Positions 1 through 9,635 of a DNA stretch of 52,760 nt are shown here, piece after piece (the first letter of the stretch is position 1; each line of letters opens with the position of its first letter). Under the pieces are notes generated by a model that had not been told where the DNA came from, did not search any database, and saw only the letters and a list, made by a program, of their open reading frames with translations. A program made the translations under genes and the position numbers. The DNA is from Coriobacteriia bacterium (lineage in GTDB: Bacteria; Actinomycetota; Coriobacteriia; WRKU01; WQUG01), in the NCBI GenBank assembly GCA_009784345.1, contig WRBW01000003.1, positions 1 to 52,760 of the forward strand. Direction: 5' to 3'.

Positions 1-1970
1 AAATCGAGTTCTGCCAACTTGAAACCGTCTGTAGTTGCAAGCAGGGCTTCGAAGCGCTCTTTCGCTGTCTGCGCAAATGAATCCGAAACCAACCAAACCT
101 CACCAGGATGCTGTCCCCTACCCACGCGTCCGCGCAATTGATGAAGCTGTGCAAGTCCGTAGCGGTCCGCATCAAGTATCACCATGACTGTTGCGTTATG
201 AACGTCCACGCCGACCTCTATGACGGTCGTAGAAATCAAAACGTCTATCTTTCCAGCACGGAAACGGTCCATGACGGCTGCCTTTTCAGTTGATTTCATG
301 CGCCCTGTCAGCAGCTCAACACGATAGTCGGCAAACTCGCCCATGCTCAGCATATCTGCAAGTCGCAGCGCAGGCACTGCCTCTGCCTGTGAAGACTCAT
401 CAATCAGGGCGCAGACGATGTAAGCTTGTCTTCCTGCCGCCACCGCTTGATGTACCGCGTCATAGGGTTTGTCAATGGCAGAAAACTTCACCTTCTGCGT
501 GCTGACGCCGGCACCGGCAATAGGCCTTTCGCGCAAGTAGCTCGCAGCCAAATCCCCAAAGGCCGTCAAGGTCAGAGTGCGCGGGATGGGGGTCGCACTC
601 ATTACCAGAACATCAGCGCTGCATCCGTCGGTCCAACCCTTGTCATGAAGTGCCTTGCGCTGCTCGACACCAAAGCGATGCTGCTCGTCTACTATCGCAA
701 GGGTCATGCGCTTGAAAATGACATCTGGCTGCAACAAGGCATGAGTACCAAAAAGAACCGAAAGTTTGCCAGATGCAAGATCTTTGAGAAGATCTCTGCG
801 CAGGTTCGCAGGTGTCGCACTGGTCAACAGACCCCAGCTAACTCCAATTTGGTCAAACAAAGGCCCCAGCTTTCCTGCATACTGCTGAGCCAAGACTTCA
901 GTTGGTGCCATCATGGCGGCCTGCCCCGCAGAATCTGCCGCGACTGCTAGGGCGTAGGCCGCAACGATGGTCTTGCCCGTACCCACGTCCCCCAACAAGA
1001 GCCGCTGCATAGGTTTTGAAGCAGCCATATCCTGTAGTATTTCTGACACGGCAGTAGCCTGATCAGTCGTCAGCTCAAAGGGAATATTTTCATCCAGTGC
1101 CTTGCGAGCACGACCCTGTTCATGGTGAGTATGACCACTACCCTCGCGGGTCAGGGCGTAGCGGCGACGCGCAAGCAGCAGCTGAAAATCAAGGAGTTCA
1201 CCGTAGGCCAGCCTTTGTCGTGCAAGATGAGCCTGCTCGAGGCTTTCGGGAAAGTGCAGCTTGTGCAGTGCCCACGCGTATGATGGGAAATCATGAGCAG
1301 CACGCATAGCTACCGGCAGGTATTCACTGACCTGTGCAAAATCGTCGACGGCAGCAGCCACGATACGGCGAAGCCAGCCAACAGAAAGCCCTTCTGTGGT
1401 GCCGTGAACCGGCAGTACCCGACCCATATGACTACTCTCGGTGCTCTGGACGCTCTCCCCCGCTGTCTGACCTTGCGTGAGAGCCGCGTCCACCGGTGCG
1501 TCAGCTATTTTTTCAACAAAAGGTTGGACGATTTGCTTCAGACCCTGGCGATACTTGATGTCTCCCGAAAAAGCCAGCACTTGTCCCTTGCGGTAGCTTT
1601 GTTCGACCCAGGGCTGATTGAACCAGACGCCAATCAGAGTACCCGTGCCGTCTGTCAGGGTGACTTCGGTGACCGTCAACTGCTTGCGTCCCGGGCGTCG
1701 CATGCTGCGCTTTGTAACTTCATGGACGGTACCCACGACGGTGGCGTCGCCTGGCTGGACGGGCCCGAGCTGTGCGGTATTGGTCAGATCAAGATAGCGG
1801 TAGGGCGCGTGGTACAGCAGATCGCCGATGGTGGTAATGCCCAGATTCGTCAGTAGCTTTGCCCGTGTGGCGTTGACGAAGCGAGCCTGGGCGACATCTG
1901 CCGACCAGGCCAGAAGGCGGCTTGCCGGATCTTTCGTGACAAGCTTGTTGCTCTTGCTCGTGGTTGTCAC
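1..1970 (-). CDS. recG: ATP-dependent DNA helicase RecG (3' end runs off the window)
   Basis: Absent from the ORF track because there is no stop in the window. Manual translation from GTG 1970 (SD AGGAG) gives ...LGITTIGDLLYHAPYRYLD, the Walker A region PMQRLLLGDVGTGKT (~970-1010) and C-terminal TTDGFKLAELD at the window edge. Confidence 0.95.
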   Translation of the reverse strand, partial: MTTTSKSNKLVTKDPASRLLAWSADVAQARFVNATRAKLLTNLGITTIGDLLYHAPYRYLDLTNTAQLGPVQPGDATVVGTVHEVTKRSMRRPGRKQLTVTEVTLTDGTGTLIGVWFNQPWVEQSYRKGQVLAFSGDIKYRQGLKQIVQPFVEKIADAPVDAALTQGQTAGESVQSTESSHMGRVLPVHGTTEGLSVGWLRRIVAAAVDDFAQVSEYLPVAMRAAHDFPSYAWALHKLHFPESLEQAHLARQRLAYGELLDFQLLLARRRYALTREGSGHTHHEQGRARKALDENIPFELTTDQATAVSEILQDMAASKPMQRLLLGDVGTGKTIVAAYALAVAADSAGQAAMMAPTEVLAQQYAGKLGPLFDQIGVSWGLLTSATPANLRRDLLKDLASGKLSVLFGTHALLQPDVIFKRMTLAIVDEQHRFGVEQRKALHDKGWTDGCSADVLVMSATPIPRTLTLTAFGDLAASYLRERPIAGAGVSTQKVKFSAIDKPYDAVHQAVAAGRQAYIVCALIDESSQAEAVPALRLADMLSMGEFADYRVELLTGRMKSTEKAAVMDRFRAGKIDVLISTTVIEVGVDVHNATVMVILDADRYGLAQLHQLRGRVGRGQHPGEVWLVSDSFAQTAKERFEALLATTDGFKLAELD

Positions 1971-1991
1971 GCTACCCGCTCCTGCCTTGTG

Positions 1992-2891
1992 CTAGTTCTT
2001 GTAGTCAGCTGGGTCGAGGTCGCGCCAGAACAAGGTGGCGGCGGTTCCTGGGCCGGCATAGATGCCCACGATAATGCCAATCTGGTTTGTTCCCGTATAG
2101 GTGCCGGGCACCTTATCTTCCTTCATGAAAGCATGAAGCTCTTCGACGTGCGAGACATCTTCAGCATAGAGAAGCATATAGTTGAGGTCGCCCTTGTCAG
2201 CGACGTCCTGATAGCGCTCATTTATGATTTTAGGAATAGAATGGAAGGCCTTTTTGCGACCGCGCATTTTTTTAATGGCATCGATGACGCCGTCGTCTTC
2301 AAAAGTGCATATAGGTTTGATGTCAAGAGCAGAAGCCACGAGGCCTGCGGCGCGTCCTGCTCGTCCGCCGCGCACCAGGTATTCCAGCGTGTCAAAGACA
2401 ATCAGGAGGCTCATTTCGTCACGCACCGCCGTTAGGTAGTTGACGGTTTCTTGAACACTGAGTCCAGCATTTACCGCACGCAGTGCCTGCTGGCACAGCA
2501 CCTGCATTGAAAGTGTCACGATGCGTGAATCAAAGACATGAACCGGAATGGGTGCATCTTCTGCTGCCATGCAGGCGACGTCATAGGTCGCGGACAGGCC
2601 AGAAGAAATGCAGACATAGAGCACGCTTTCATAACCAGCGTCTGCGAGCTCCTGAAACTTTTGGTCAAAGGTTAGACGGCTGGGCTGAGAGGTTTTGGGC
2701 AACTTGTTATAATCTGACAAGAGGGCATCCCAAAAGTCGCGAGCCCCAAAGTGGTCAGAATCTGAAGTGCTGCCATCAGGAAAAGCCAGAGGAATGGGAA
2801 CGATATCAAACCCCAAATCGATGACCTCGGCGTTAGTGCGGTCGCACCCACCATCAGTAATAATGGCGATCTTCGATTGGTTCTTTGACAC
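1992..2891 (-). CDS. DegV/FakB family fatty-acid-binding protein
   Basis: IAIITDGGCD start, TSQPS motif, ISSGLSATY, LEYLVRGGR, DIKPI; lies downstream of a DAK2 gene. Confidence 0.92.
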   Translation of the reverse strand: MSKNQSKIAIITDGGCDRTNAEVIDLGFDIVPIPLAFPDGSTSDSDHFGARDFWDALLSDYNKLPKTSQPSRLTFDQKFQELADAGYESVLYVCISSGLSATYDVACMAAEDAPIPVHVFDSRIVTLSMQVLCQQALRAVNAGLSVQETVNYLTAVRDEMSLLIVFDTLEYLVRGGRAGRAAGLVASALDIKPICTFEDDGVIDAIKKMRGRKKAFHSIPKIINERYQDVADKGDLNYMLLYAEDVSHVEELHAFMKEDKVPGTYTGTNQIGIIVGIYAGPGTAATLFWRDLDPADYKN

Positions 2892-2983
2892 GTGTTCTCT
2901 CCTCTTCCCTAGGATTTACTTTGCGTTGCTGAAGCTAATTGGCGGCTTTCCAAACCTCTTGTAATACGCTGGAGCTGTCTCGC

Positions 2984-4639
2984 TTACTCGATGGCCAGCA
3001 GCAGTGGATACAGTGGCTGGTCACCACGTTGGCAGTCAACCTCGAGGTCTGGATAGGCCTTTTCGATTTGAGCCGCCAGTGCTTCCATGGCTTCATCGCT
3101 GTAGTCTTCGCCTGCAAGAATGGTTAGGTTTTCGCAGGCATGTGCGCAGAGCTTTGGCATAAGTGCGAGGGCAACCTCATCAACGCTGCTGCCCAGTACT
3201 TCGATGTCTTTCGAGTCGACAATGCCCATGATGTCGCCTTCTTTGATTTTGCCGACAGCGGGCGCGCTCGAGTCCTTTATGGCAGCGGTTACCTCGCCAT
3301 AGTTGACCTCTTCGGCGCCTTCAAGCATCTCTTCTGCTAGAGCCTCGACGTCAGTCGCTGCCCCATCAAACATCAGCATGGCAGAGAAAGCAGCAGGTAC
3401 GTTGGTTGTAGGCACCACATAAGCAGGCTGTGGCAGTGCGGTTGCAGCAGCCTGAGCCGCCATAACAATGTTCTTATTATTGGGCAGCAAGATGATGTTA
3501 TCAGCATTTAAGGTCGCAGCCGCATCGATGAAGTCCTGAGTTGAAGGGTTCATGGTCTGCCCACCCTTGATGACGTAGTCAACACCCAGTGAAGTCAAAA
3601 TGTTTGCCAAACCGTCTCCTGACGAAACGGCAATGACGGCAATGTTTTTGTGAGGCGCGGGCGCTGCATTTGCACCAGCTGCCCCTGTGCCTGTCTGCGC
3701 AGCCTGCTGCTGACGCATATTGTGAATGTGCACATCTGCAACTTCACCCTGCTTCAAGTGGAAGGCTAGAACAGCCGCTGGGTCATCTGTGTGGACGTGC
3801 ACCTTGTACTGACCATCTGCACCAACGACCAATTCGCTACCACCCAAAGTGCCCAGATGGTCCAAGGCTGCATCGACATCAAAGTCGCCGCTACTCATAA
3901 AGAGGAACTCTGTGCAGTACAGGAATTCATCATCATCCCAGTCATCCACGGGTGTTACGACCATGTCGTTTCCGCGCATAGGCTCAAACTGAGGCAAATC
4001 TGCAAGCTCACGACCCAAGAGCAGTGCCATAAAAGCATCGTAGACAATAACCAGACCAAAGCCACCAGCGTCAACGACGCCCGCTTCCTTCAAGACCGGC
4101 AAAAGTTCTGGTGTGCGACGTACTGATTCATGGGCCGCTGCAGAAACACCATCTGCCGCTGCCTCAAAGTCCAGACCAGCCTCTGCCGCAGAACGTGCAG
4201 CAGTTGCCATATCTGCAATGACCGTAAGCATCGTACCCTCAACAGGCTTACGAACAGCCTGCCAGGCGACTTCTTTGGCGCGCTCTAAAGATGCGGCCAG
4301 ACGCTCGGTAGCCTCAAAGCCATCAGAAGCCACCAGACCCTCGCAGATACCACGAATAATCTGGGACAAAATAACACCCGAGTTCCCGCGAGCGCCCATC
4401 AAAGACCCATGTGTCGCAGACTTGCAATACTCTTCAATGCTGGCACCTGCAGCAAGCTTAGACACATCATTTACAACAGATTCCAGTGTCAAGGTCATAT
4501 TCGTACCCGTGTCACCATCGGGCACGGGAAAGACATTCAATTTATTAACTTCTTCGACGCGCAGCTTCAGAGCCTGAGCTGCACCAGCGATAACGGCAAC
4601 GACGGGAGTCGCAGCCTGTTTGTCTGACTTTGTCATCAC
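2984..4639 (-). CDS. DAK2-domain fatty acid kinase subunit A (YloV/FakA family)
   Basis: LNVFPVPDGDTGTNM, GARGNSGVILSQ, KPVEGTMLTV, VVDAGG, YCTEF, KVHVHT, GGQTMNPS and C-terminal GDQPLY. Confidence 0.95.
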   Translation of the reverse strand: MMTKSDKQAATPVVAVIAGAAQALKLRVEEVNKLNVFPVPDGDTGTNMTLTLESVVNDVSKLAAGASIEEYCKSATHGSLMGARGNSGVILSQIIRGICEGLVASDGFEATERLAASLERAKEVAWQAVRKPVEGTMLTVIADMATAARSAAEAGLDFEAAADGVSAAAHESVRRTPELLPVLKEAGVVDAGGFGLVIVYDAFMALLLGRELADLPQFEPMRGNDMVVTPVDDWDDDEFLYCTEFLFMSSGDFDVDAALDHLGTLGGSELVVGADGQYKVHVHTDDPAAVLAFHLKQGEVADVHIHNMRQQQAAQTGTGAAGANAAPAPHKNIAVIAVSSGDGLANILTSLGVDYVIKGGQTMNPSTQDFIDAAATLNADNIILLPNNKNIVMAAQAAATALPQPAYVVPTTNVPAAFSAMLMFDGAATDVEALAEEMLEGAEEVNYGEVTAAIKDSSAPAVGKIKEGDIMGIVDSKDIEVLGSSVDEVALALMPKLCAHACENLTILAGEDYSDEAMEALAAQIEKAYPDLEVDCQRGDQPLYPLLLAIE

Positions 4640-5020
4640 TTAAGCCCCCTGACGAACTTTCACTTCCAAAACGTGCACGTCGACACGCTCGACCTTGATT
4701 TCAGTCATCGTGGTCAGGGTGTAACGCACGCGGTCAGCCAGATTACGCGATACTTCAGCAAGCTGTGTACCGTATTCGATGACGACATAGAGGTCAACTT
4801 CGACCGTCGAGGCCAGAGGCTCGCCCGCCTCATCAACAGAGTTAGTGATTCTCACGCCACGACGCAGCTTGTTTTGTGGCAAAAGCTGCACCAGTCCATC
4901 GCGCAAGCTCGGGGCCGCCATGCCCACAACACCATAACTTTCCATCGCAGAATAACCCGCCAAATCGGCCAAAACTTCGTTGGAAATATGAATGGCCCCG
5001 CCTGTCAATTCAGCTGTCAT
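4640..5020 (-). CDS. Asp23/Gls24 family protein (YloU-like)
   Basis: Start reassigned to ATG 5020 (MTAELTGGAIHISNEVLADLAG; GGGAG SD). Contains ESYGVVGM and VDLYVVIEYG. Occupies the canonical position before the DAK2 gene. Confidence 0.9.
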   Translation of the reverse strand: MTAELTGGAIHISNEVLADLAGYSAMESYGVVGMAAPSLRDGLVQLLPQNKLRRGVRITNSVDEAGEPLASTVEVDLYVVIEYGTQLAEVSRNLADRVRYTLTTMTEIKVERVDVHVLEVKVRQGA

Positions 5021-5053
5021 GAGACTCCCTTTCTCGATAATTACCAGCCGTCC

Positions 5054-5062
5054 ATTATAACA
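5054..5062 (-). promoter_or_regulatory. Extended -10 promoter for Asp23-fakA-degV-recG
   Basis: Minus strand reads TGTTATAAT (TGn+TATAAT) about 35 nt upstream of the start codon. Confidence 0.65.
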
Positions 5063-5103
5063 AAACAGCCTGGTACCCCTCCCTGGGTTTAGGTGCAAAA
5101 CAT

Positions 5104-5140
5104 ATAAGAAGAGGAGTGCGTCCAGGTCTGGACACACTCC
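5104..5140 (-). terminator. Intrinsic terminator after tsf
   Basis: Hairpin GGAGTG-T-GTCCAG/CTGGAC-G-CACTCC followed by TCTTCTTAT on the minus strand. Confidence 0.7.
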
Positions 5141-5163
5141 CCCGCTTGATTACTTATGAGGTC

Positions 5164-6051
5164 TTAGGCAGCAGTTGAGCCCAAGTCGTAGCGCGTGAAG
5201 GCTACGATCTCGATGCTGTCGCCGATTTCTTTGGCGACGCGTGCGGTGTATTGCTCGATGCTGATGTCCATGTCCTTGACATAGGCTTGCTCGACCAGCG
5301 CCTGCTCTTTAAAGAACTTGTTCAGGCGACCTTCGGCCATTTTTTCCTGAATGGCTTCTGGCTTGCCGCTTTCTGCAGCTTGGGTCTTGTAGATTTCCTT
5401 TTCGCGGTTGATAACGTCTGCATCAAAGTCGTCGCGGCGCACGGCCATAGGGCTTGCGGCAGCTACCTGCATGGCAACGTCGCGGGCGTAAATCTTGAAG
5501 ACTTCATTTTCAGCCGTAGCCTGGTTGCCCAGAGCAAACTGAACCATGATGCCGATCTTTGCGCCGCCGTGGATGTAGGCTGCCAAAGCACCGGTGCTTT
5601 CGATTTCAACGCGCGTGAAGCGGGCGACCTGGATGTTTTCACCCAGCTTACCGACGGCTTCACCAAAGAGCTCTTCAACGGTTATGTCGCGGTTAGGAAC
5701 CTTCAGGGTCTTCAGCGCATCGACATCTGCAGGGTTGTCTTTGACAACTACCTCTGCCAGAAGCTTCACGAAATCAGTAAAGTTCTGATTCATGGCAACA
5801 AAGTCTGTTTCGCAGTTCACTTCGATCAGTGCACCGGTCTTGTCGTCAACGCTGATATATTCTGCAATCGCACCTTCGTTAGTGGCACGACCTGCCTTTT
5901 TGGCATGTGCAGCCAGACCTTGAGTACGCAGGTAGTCGATGGCCTTTTCGATGTCACCTTCGACTTCGGTCAGAGCCTTCTTGCACTCCATCATGCCGGC
6001 GCCGGTCTTTTCACGCAATTCCTTAACAAGTTTTGCCGTAATTTCTGCCAT
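5164..6051 (-). CDS. tsf: Translation elongation factor Ts
   Basis: VKELREKTGAGMMECKKAL, EVNCETDFVA, GKPEAIQEKM; follows rpsB. Confidence 0.99.
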   Translation of the reverse strand: MAEITAKLVKELREKTGAGMMECKKALTEVEGDIEKAIDYLRTQGLAAHAKKAGRATNEGAIAEYISVDDKTGALIEVNCETDFVAMNQNFTDFVKLLAEVVVKDNPADVDALKTLKVPNRDITVEELFGEAVGKLGENIQVARFTRVEIESTGALAAYIHGGAKIGIMVQFALGNQATAENEVFKIYARDVAMQVAAASPMAVRRDDFDADVINREKEIYKTQAAESGKPEAIQEKMAEGRLNKFFKEQALVEQAYVKDMDISIEQYTARVAKEIGDSIEIVAFTRYDLGSTAA

Positions 6052-6113
6052 GGTGTAGCTCCTCCTTATGAGTGTAAATGCTGTGTTAGCACGCTTGTAT
6101 CAGTGGGGTCAGC

Positions 6114-7028
6114 TTATGCAGCTGGGGTTGTGCCTGTTTCAGCAGCTGCAGTGACTTCAGCATCTGCAACTTCGCTCAGGTCAACAACAGGCGCGTCCTC
6201 TTCAGGGCGCACAGGGCTTGCCTCAATGTGCTGTACGACTTCTTCTTCAGAAGGTGCAGCAGCGGCAGCAGCCAAGTCAGCGGCGGCAGCTTTTTCAGCC
6301 TCAAGTTCAGCAGCCTTCATGGCAGTGATGCCACCGTTACCCTCAAGAACCGCAGCAGAAATAACATTCGTGATTAGTGAAATCGAACGAATCGCATCAT
6401 CGTTTGCAGGGATGGGGAAATCAACCTCATCGGGATCGCTGTTGGTGTCAAGAATTGCAATAATAGGAATATTAAGACGACGAGCCTCAGCAACCGCAAT
6501 GGTCTCACGGGTTGTGTCAACGATGAACAATGCCGCAGGAAGCTTACGCATGTTGCGAATACCTTCGAGGTTATTGCGCAGCTTTGCGAGCTCCTTGTTC
6601 TTGAGGATTTGCTCCTTCTTTGGCAGTGTTGCCATGGTGCCATCTTCGATCATGGCTTCGATTTTTTCCATGTGAGTAACGCGCGAACGCACGGTTTCAA
6701 AGTTAGTCAGCATACCGCCCAACCAGCGATGTGTAACGTAAGGCATACCAGCTTGCTTTGCAGCAGTCTCCAGAGGCTCTTGTGCCTGCTTCTTTGTGCC
6801 GACAAAGAGGATTTCGCCGCTGTTCTTACCTTCAGCACCTTGCTTGCCAACGGTGTAGGCATATTTGTAAGCTTTTTCAAGCTCAGCCATAGTTTTTTGG
6901 AGGTTCAAGATATAGATGCCGCCACGCTGGGTGAAAATGTAGGGCTTCATCTTTGGATTCCAACGACGGGTCTGATGCCCAAAGTGGACGCCTGCTTCTA
7001 ACAGGCCTTTCATAGTAACAGTAGCCAT
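6114..7028 (-). CDS. rpsB: 30S ribosomal protein S2 with an Ala/Glu-rich C-terminal tail
   Basis: Start at ATG 7028 (MATVTMKGLLEAGVHFGHQTRRWNPKM). Contains FVGTKKQA, RWLGGMLTN and IPANDDAIRS. Confidence 0.99.
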   Translation of the reverse strand: MATVTMKGLLEAGVHFGHQTRRWNPKMKPYIFTQRGGIYILNLQKTMAELEKAYKYAYTVGKQGAEGKNSGEILFVGTKKQAQEPLETAAKQAGMPYVTHRWLGGMLTNFETVRSRVTHMEKIEAMIEDGTMATLPKKEQILKNKELAKLRNNLEGIRNMRKLPAALFIVDTTRETIAVAEARRLNIPIIAILDTNSDPDEVDFPIPANDDAIRSISLITNVISAAVLEGNGGITAMKAAELEAEKAAAADLAAAAAAPSEEEVVQHIEASPVRPEEDAPVVDLSEVADAEVTAAAETGTTPAA

Positions 7029-7054
7029 AGTAGTACCTATTCCTTTCGTTGTGT

Positions 7055-7125
7055 CCTCTGCAAGCTTCTTCCTAGCGCGCCACCTCTTTGAGGCACATCG
7101 GCACATCTAGTCCACTTGCATGTGT
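7055..7125 (-). promoter_or_regulatory. Probable rpsB (S2) autoregulatory leader RNA
   Basis: The 5' UTR ACACAUGCAAG...CUUGCAGAGG folds into nested stems UGCAAG/CUUGCA, CUAG/CUAG, GUGCC/GGCGC and CCUC/GAGG. Position and the ACACA start resemble known rpsB leaders (recalled, not searched). Confidence 0.55.
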
Positions 7126-7205
7126 AATACTGCGGAGGAGTGCGTCCTTGCACCCAACACAGTTTGCTGTTCAATGGTGTCCCCTTCAAAAATGCAAATG
7201 GGGTT

Positions 7206-7310
7206 CCCCAAGATTTTTTACGAGTACATAAGTGCCGTATCGGAGAGCGACGCGTAAAAATCTACGCGAGCTTTACGATACGGTGCTTTGGTGCCGTAAA
7301 AAACTTGGGG
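7206..7310 (+). repeat. Long imperfect palindrome, copy A of a dispersed repeat family
   Basis: Arms CCCCAAG-A-TTTTTTACG / CGTAAAAAA-CTTGGGG and AGTGCCGTATCG / CGATACGGTGCT; apical core AGCGACGCGTA-aaaatc-TACGCGAGC. Confidence 0.7.
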
Positions 7311-7383
7311 CGAGTAACGGGATTTGAACCCGCGGCCTCCTGAGCCACAGTCAGGCGCTCTAACCAGCTGAGCTATACCCGCC
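7306..7383 (-). tRNA. tRNA-His (GUG)
   Basis: Cloverleaf: G-1 plus acceptor GCGGGTA/TACTCGC, D arm GCTC/GAGC, anticodon arm CCTGA-CT-GTG-GC-TCAGG, T arm GCGGG-TTCAAAT-CCCGT, discriminator C and encoded CCA. Confidence 0.97.
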
Positions 7384-7400
7384 ATTTTCAGCAGCTCAAT

Positions 7401-7429
7401 ATTGTAGCAAAAAATCCCCTAGCTGTCAC
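7401..7429 (-). promoter_or_regulatory. Sigma-70-type promoter of tRNA-His
   Basis: GTGACA-17 nt-TACAAT with an extended TG on the minus strand. Confidence 0.7.
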
Positions 7430-7530
7430 AAGAATTGAGAGAGACTTTTTGCTCATAATTTCACCAAAGGCCCCTTTTGGGTCTTTGGACTGCACTGCTG
7501 TAGTCACACTTACCAGTGATGATGTCAACG

Positions 7531-8673
7531 CTAGCGATTAAGGTCGAATTGGGGGCTGACGGCCATGTAGACAGCACGTGCCACGGCATCGCGCCAATAA
7601 TTCTCTTCAAAGTGACCCAGATCCGTGGGGCTTGCCGTGCTCCCCAGCACGATTTCAACCGTATTGCGCGCTGCTGCCTCGCCAAAGGCATCGATGCGCT
7701 CAAGCCCTGCTTCAATCTGTTGATACTGTAATCGTTCTTGAATCTTTACGGCGGCAGAATTGGCAGAAATGTCAGGAGCCTTAATGACAATACCGCCACC
7801 ACCAGAGGTATTGACGCTGAGACGAATCTGCAGCTCGGGCATGGCAGCCTCTGCCCTGCGATCAAACTCTCCTTGCGCGACGCTGCGCTCTCTACTGCTG
7901 CGTGTGACCGTGACCTCCGCATGTGCCGCTTCAAAAAGCGAAGACAATCTACGCGAGACATCAAAGCTCACATCCCCAGCAGCCGTCGACACATAGTGCG
8001 GCTCGATAACAACTTGCAGGCCATTTAAGGCAAACTCAACCAGCCCCGCACTTAAGACATGACTTGCAACATAGACCGAAACCTGTAGCTCGTCTTCATT
8101 TTCCGTATCGGTGATAGAAAAGCCAGAAGGCGGTGTTGTCAAAAGAACCGTTCCCGCAGGCTCATCAGAAGGCAGTTGCTTTACACTCACAACCAGACCC
8201 AGTCGCTCGAGGGTCATTCGAGCAGTTTCAATATCTTGTCCAATGAGGTCTGGCAAAACAATACCATCAGGACCTGCAGATACGTGGAGCTCAATGCGGT
8301 CGCCTTCTTGAAGTCGCGTGCCCTGCAGCGGTAGCTGATCTATCACCTCGCCCTGTGGCGCGTCACTGGCCTCGAGTCCCGCAACATTACCCTGCAGGCC
8401 CACATCAGCGAGCTTGCGCTGAGCCTCTTCGATGCTCAATCCCACGAGCATGGGCGCACTCAACACCGGAGACACCCACGTGCTCATGGCAAGATAAAAG
8501 ACTATGCAGGCAAGAGAGAGCGTCCACAGTAGGTAGCGCGTAATTTTTTCGCCGGTCAAGAGCTTTCTACGCGGGCTTCGTTCGCGCTCGATGGCAGGAA
8601 GGCGCAGCAGCTCAGCTGAACTGAGCTTGCTCGCAATACTGCCTCCTGCTATGTGCGACCGGTCCTCTGTCAT
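7531..8673 (-). CDS. Membrane-anchored protein with two PASTA domains and a degenerate Amidase_3-like C-terminal domain
   Basis: One TM helix (YLLWTLSLACIVFYLAM). PASTA repeats PMLVGLSIEEAQ...GEVIDQLP and LPDLIGQDIETAR...GTVLLTTP. C-terminal LNGLQVVIEPH...VTVTRS...VARAVY follows the amidase-3 pattern. Confidence 0.75.
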   Translation of the reverse strand: MTEDRSHIAGGSIASKLSSAELLRLPAIERERSPRRKLLTGEKITRYLLWTLSLACIVFYLAMSTWVSPVLSAPMLVGLSIEEAQRKLADVGLQGNVAGLEASDAPQGEVIDQLPLQGTRLQEGDRIELHVSAGPDGIVLPDLIGQDIETARMTLERLGLVVSVKQLPSDEPAGTVLLTTPPSGFSITDTENEDELQVSVYVASHVLSAGLVEFALNGLQVVIEPHYVSTAAGDVSFDVSRRLSSLFEAAHAEVTVTRSSRERSVAQGEFDRRAEAAMPELQIRLSVNTSGGGGIVIKAPDISANSAAVKIQERLQYQQIEAGLERIDAFGEAAARNTVEIVLGSTASPTDLGHFEENYWRDAVARAVYMAVSPQFDLNR

Positions 8674-8691
8674 GGCGACAGCTTGAAGTGT

Positions 8692-9630
8692 TTAAGCTTT
8701 TTGGTCGACTTGATAGTAGCTCTGGATGAAGCGAATGCTCTTTGTCTTGCAGTCCATGATGATGGAGTGCGCCTGATTTCCGTCACCGACGCCACTCAGG
8801 AGCTCGCCATCCGTGATGCCAGTTGCCAAAAAGACGGCGTCATCGCTGCGAACGAGGTCATCGCGCTGCAGTACGGCGTCGACATCGAGTTCTGCCGTCG
8901 CTATAGCACGCGCACGCTCGTCATCGTTTCTAAAGAGGAAGCGTCCCTGGAAATCGCCGCCCATGCAGCGCATGGCCGTAGCTGCTAATACACCTTCGGG
9001 TGCGGCACCACTGCCCATGTAGAGGTCGACGCCGGTGTCATCGAGAGCTGTTGCCATGACAGCAAAAATGTCCCCATCACCAATCAGGCGAACGCGAGCG
9101 CCAGCAGCACGCACTGCTGCAATGGTGTCAGCGTTGCGGTCGCGGTCAAGCAGGCACACCGTCAGATCGCTGACCTCTACTCCCAAGGCCTTTGCAACGG
9201 CCTGGCAGTTTGCTTCTGGACTGGCGTCGATATCTATCACGCCTGCGGCAGCTGGTCCGACTGCTATTTTTTCCATGTAAGTATCAGGGGCATACAGCAG
9301 GGCGCCGCGTGGTGCAAAGGCAAGTACGGCCAATGAATTGGGCTGTGAATAGGCGCACATATTGGTGCCCTCAACAGGGTCAACCGCAATGTCGATTTCT
9401 TCGCCACCCGTGCCTACTTCTTCACCGATGAAAAGCATGGGGGCTTCATCACGCTCGCCTTCTCCTATGACGACGCGACCAGAAATAGGCAGCTTATTCA
9501 AGGCCTCGCGCATCGCCTCAACAGCGGCGCCATCAGCGATTTTCTTTTCGCCACGACCGACCCAAGCACCTGCAGCAATCGCCGCTGCCTCGGTAACGCC
9601 TAGCATTTGGTTAATTCTGACCTGATCCAT
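8692..9630 (-). CDS. glpX: Class II fructose-1,6-bisphosphatase
   Basis: Start ATG 9630. Motifs VTEAAA, VIGEGERDEAPML, DIAVDPVEGT, YMEKI, GAAPEGV, ATGITDG. Confidence 0.96.
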   Translation of the reverse strand: MDQVRINQMLGVTEAAAIAAGAWVGRGEKKIADGAAVEAMREALNKLPISGRVVIGEGERDEAPMLFIGEEVGTGGEEIDIAVDPVEGTNMCAYSQPNSLAVLAFAPRGALLYAPDTYMEKIAVGPAAAGVIDIDASPEANCQAVAKALGVEVSDLTVCLLDRDRNADTIAAVRAAGARVRLIGDGDIFAVMATALDDTGVDLYMGSGAAPEGVLAATAMRCMGGDFQGRFLFRNDDERARAIATAELDVDAVLQRDDLVRSDDAVFLATGITDGELLSGVGDGNQAHSIIMDCKTKSIRFIQSYYQVDQKA

Positions 9631-9635
9631 GTACT

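Noticed and set aside
1-1970. Apparent gene-free region or several plus-strand ORFs
   Set aside because: Fully explained by minus-strand recG, which the ORF track missed because its stop lies outside the window.
5251-6675. 474-aa plus-strand ORF
   Set aside because: Antisense shadow of tsf/rpsB caused by codon bias; no motif or RBS.
7306-7383. tRNA-His as an integration site for a genomic island
   Set aside because: No integrase and no duplicated tRNA 3' end in the window; the flanking genes are core genes.
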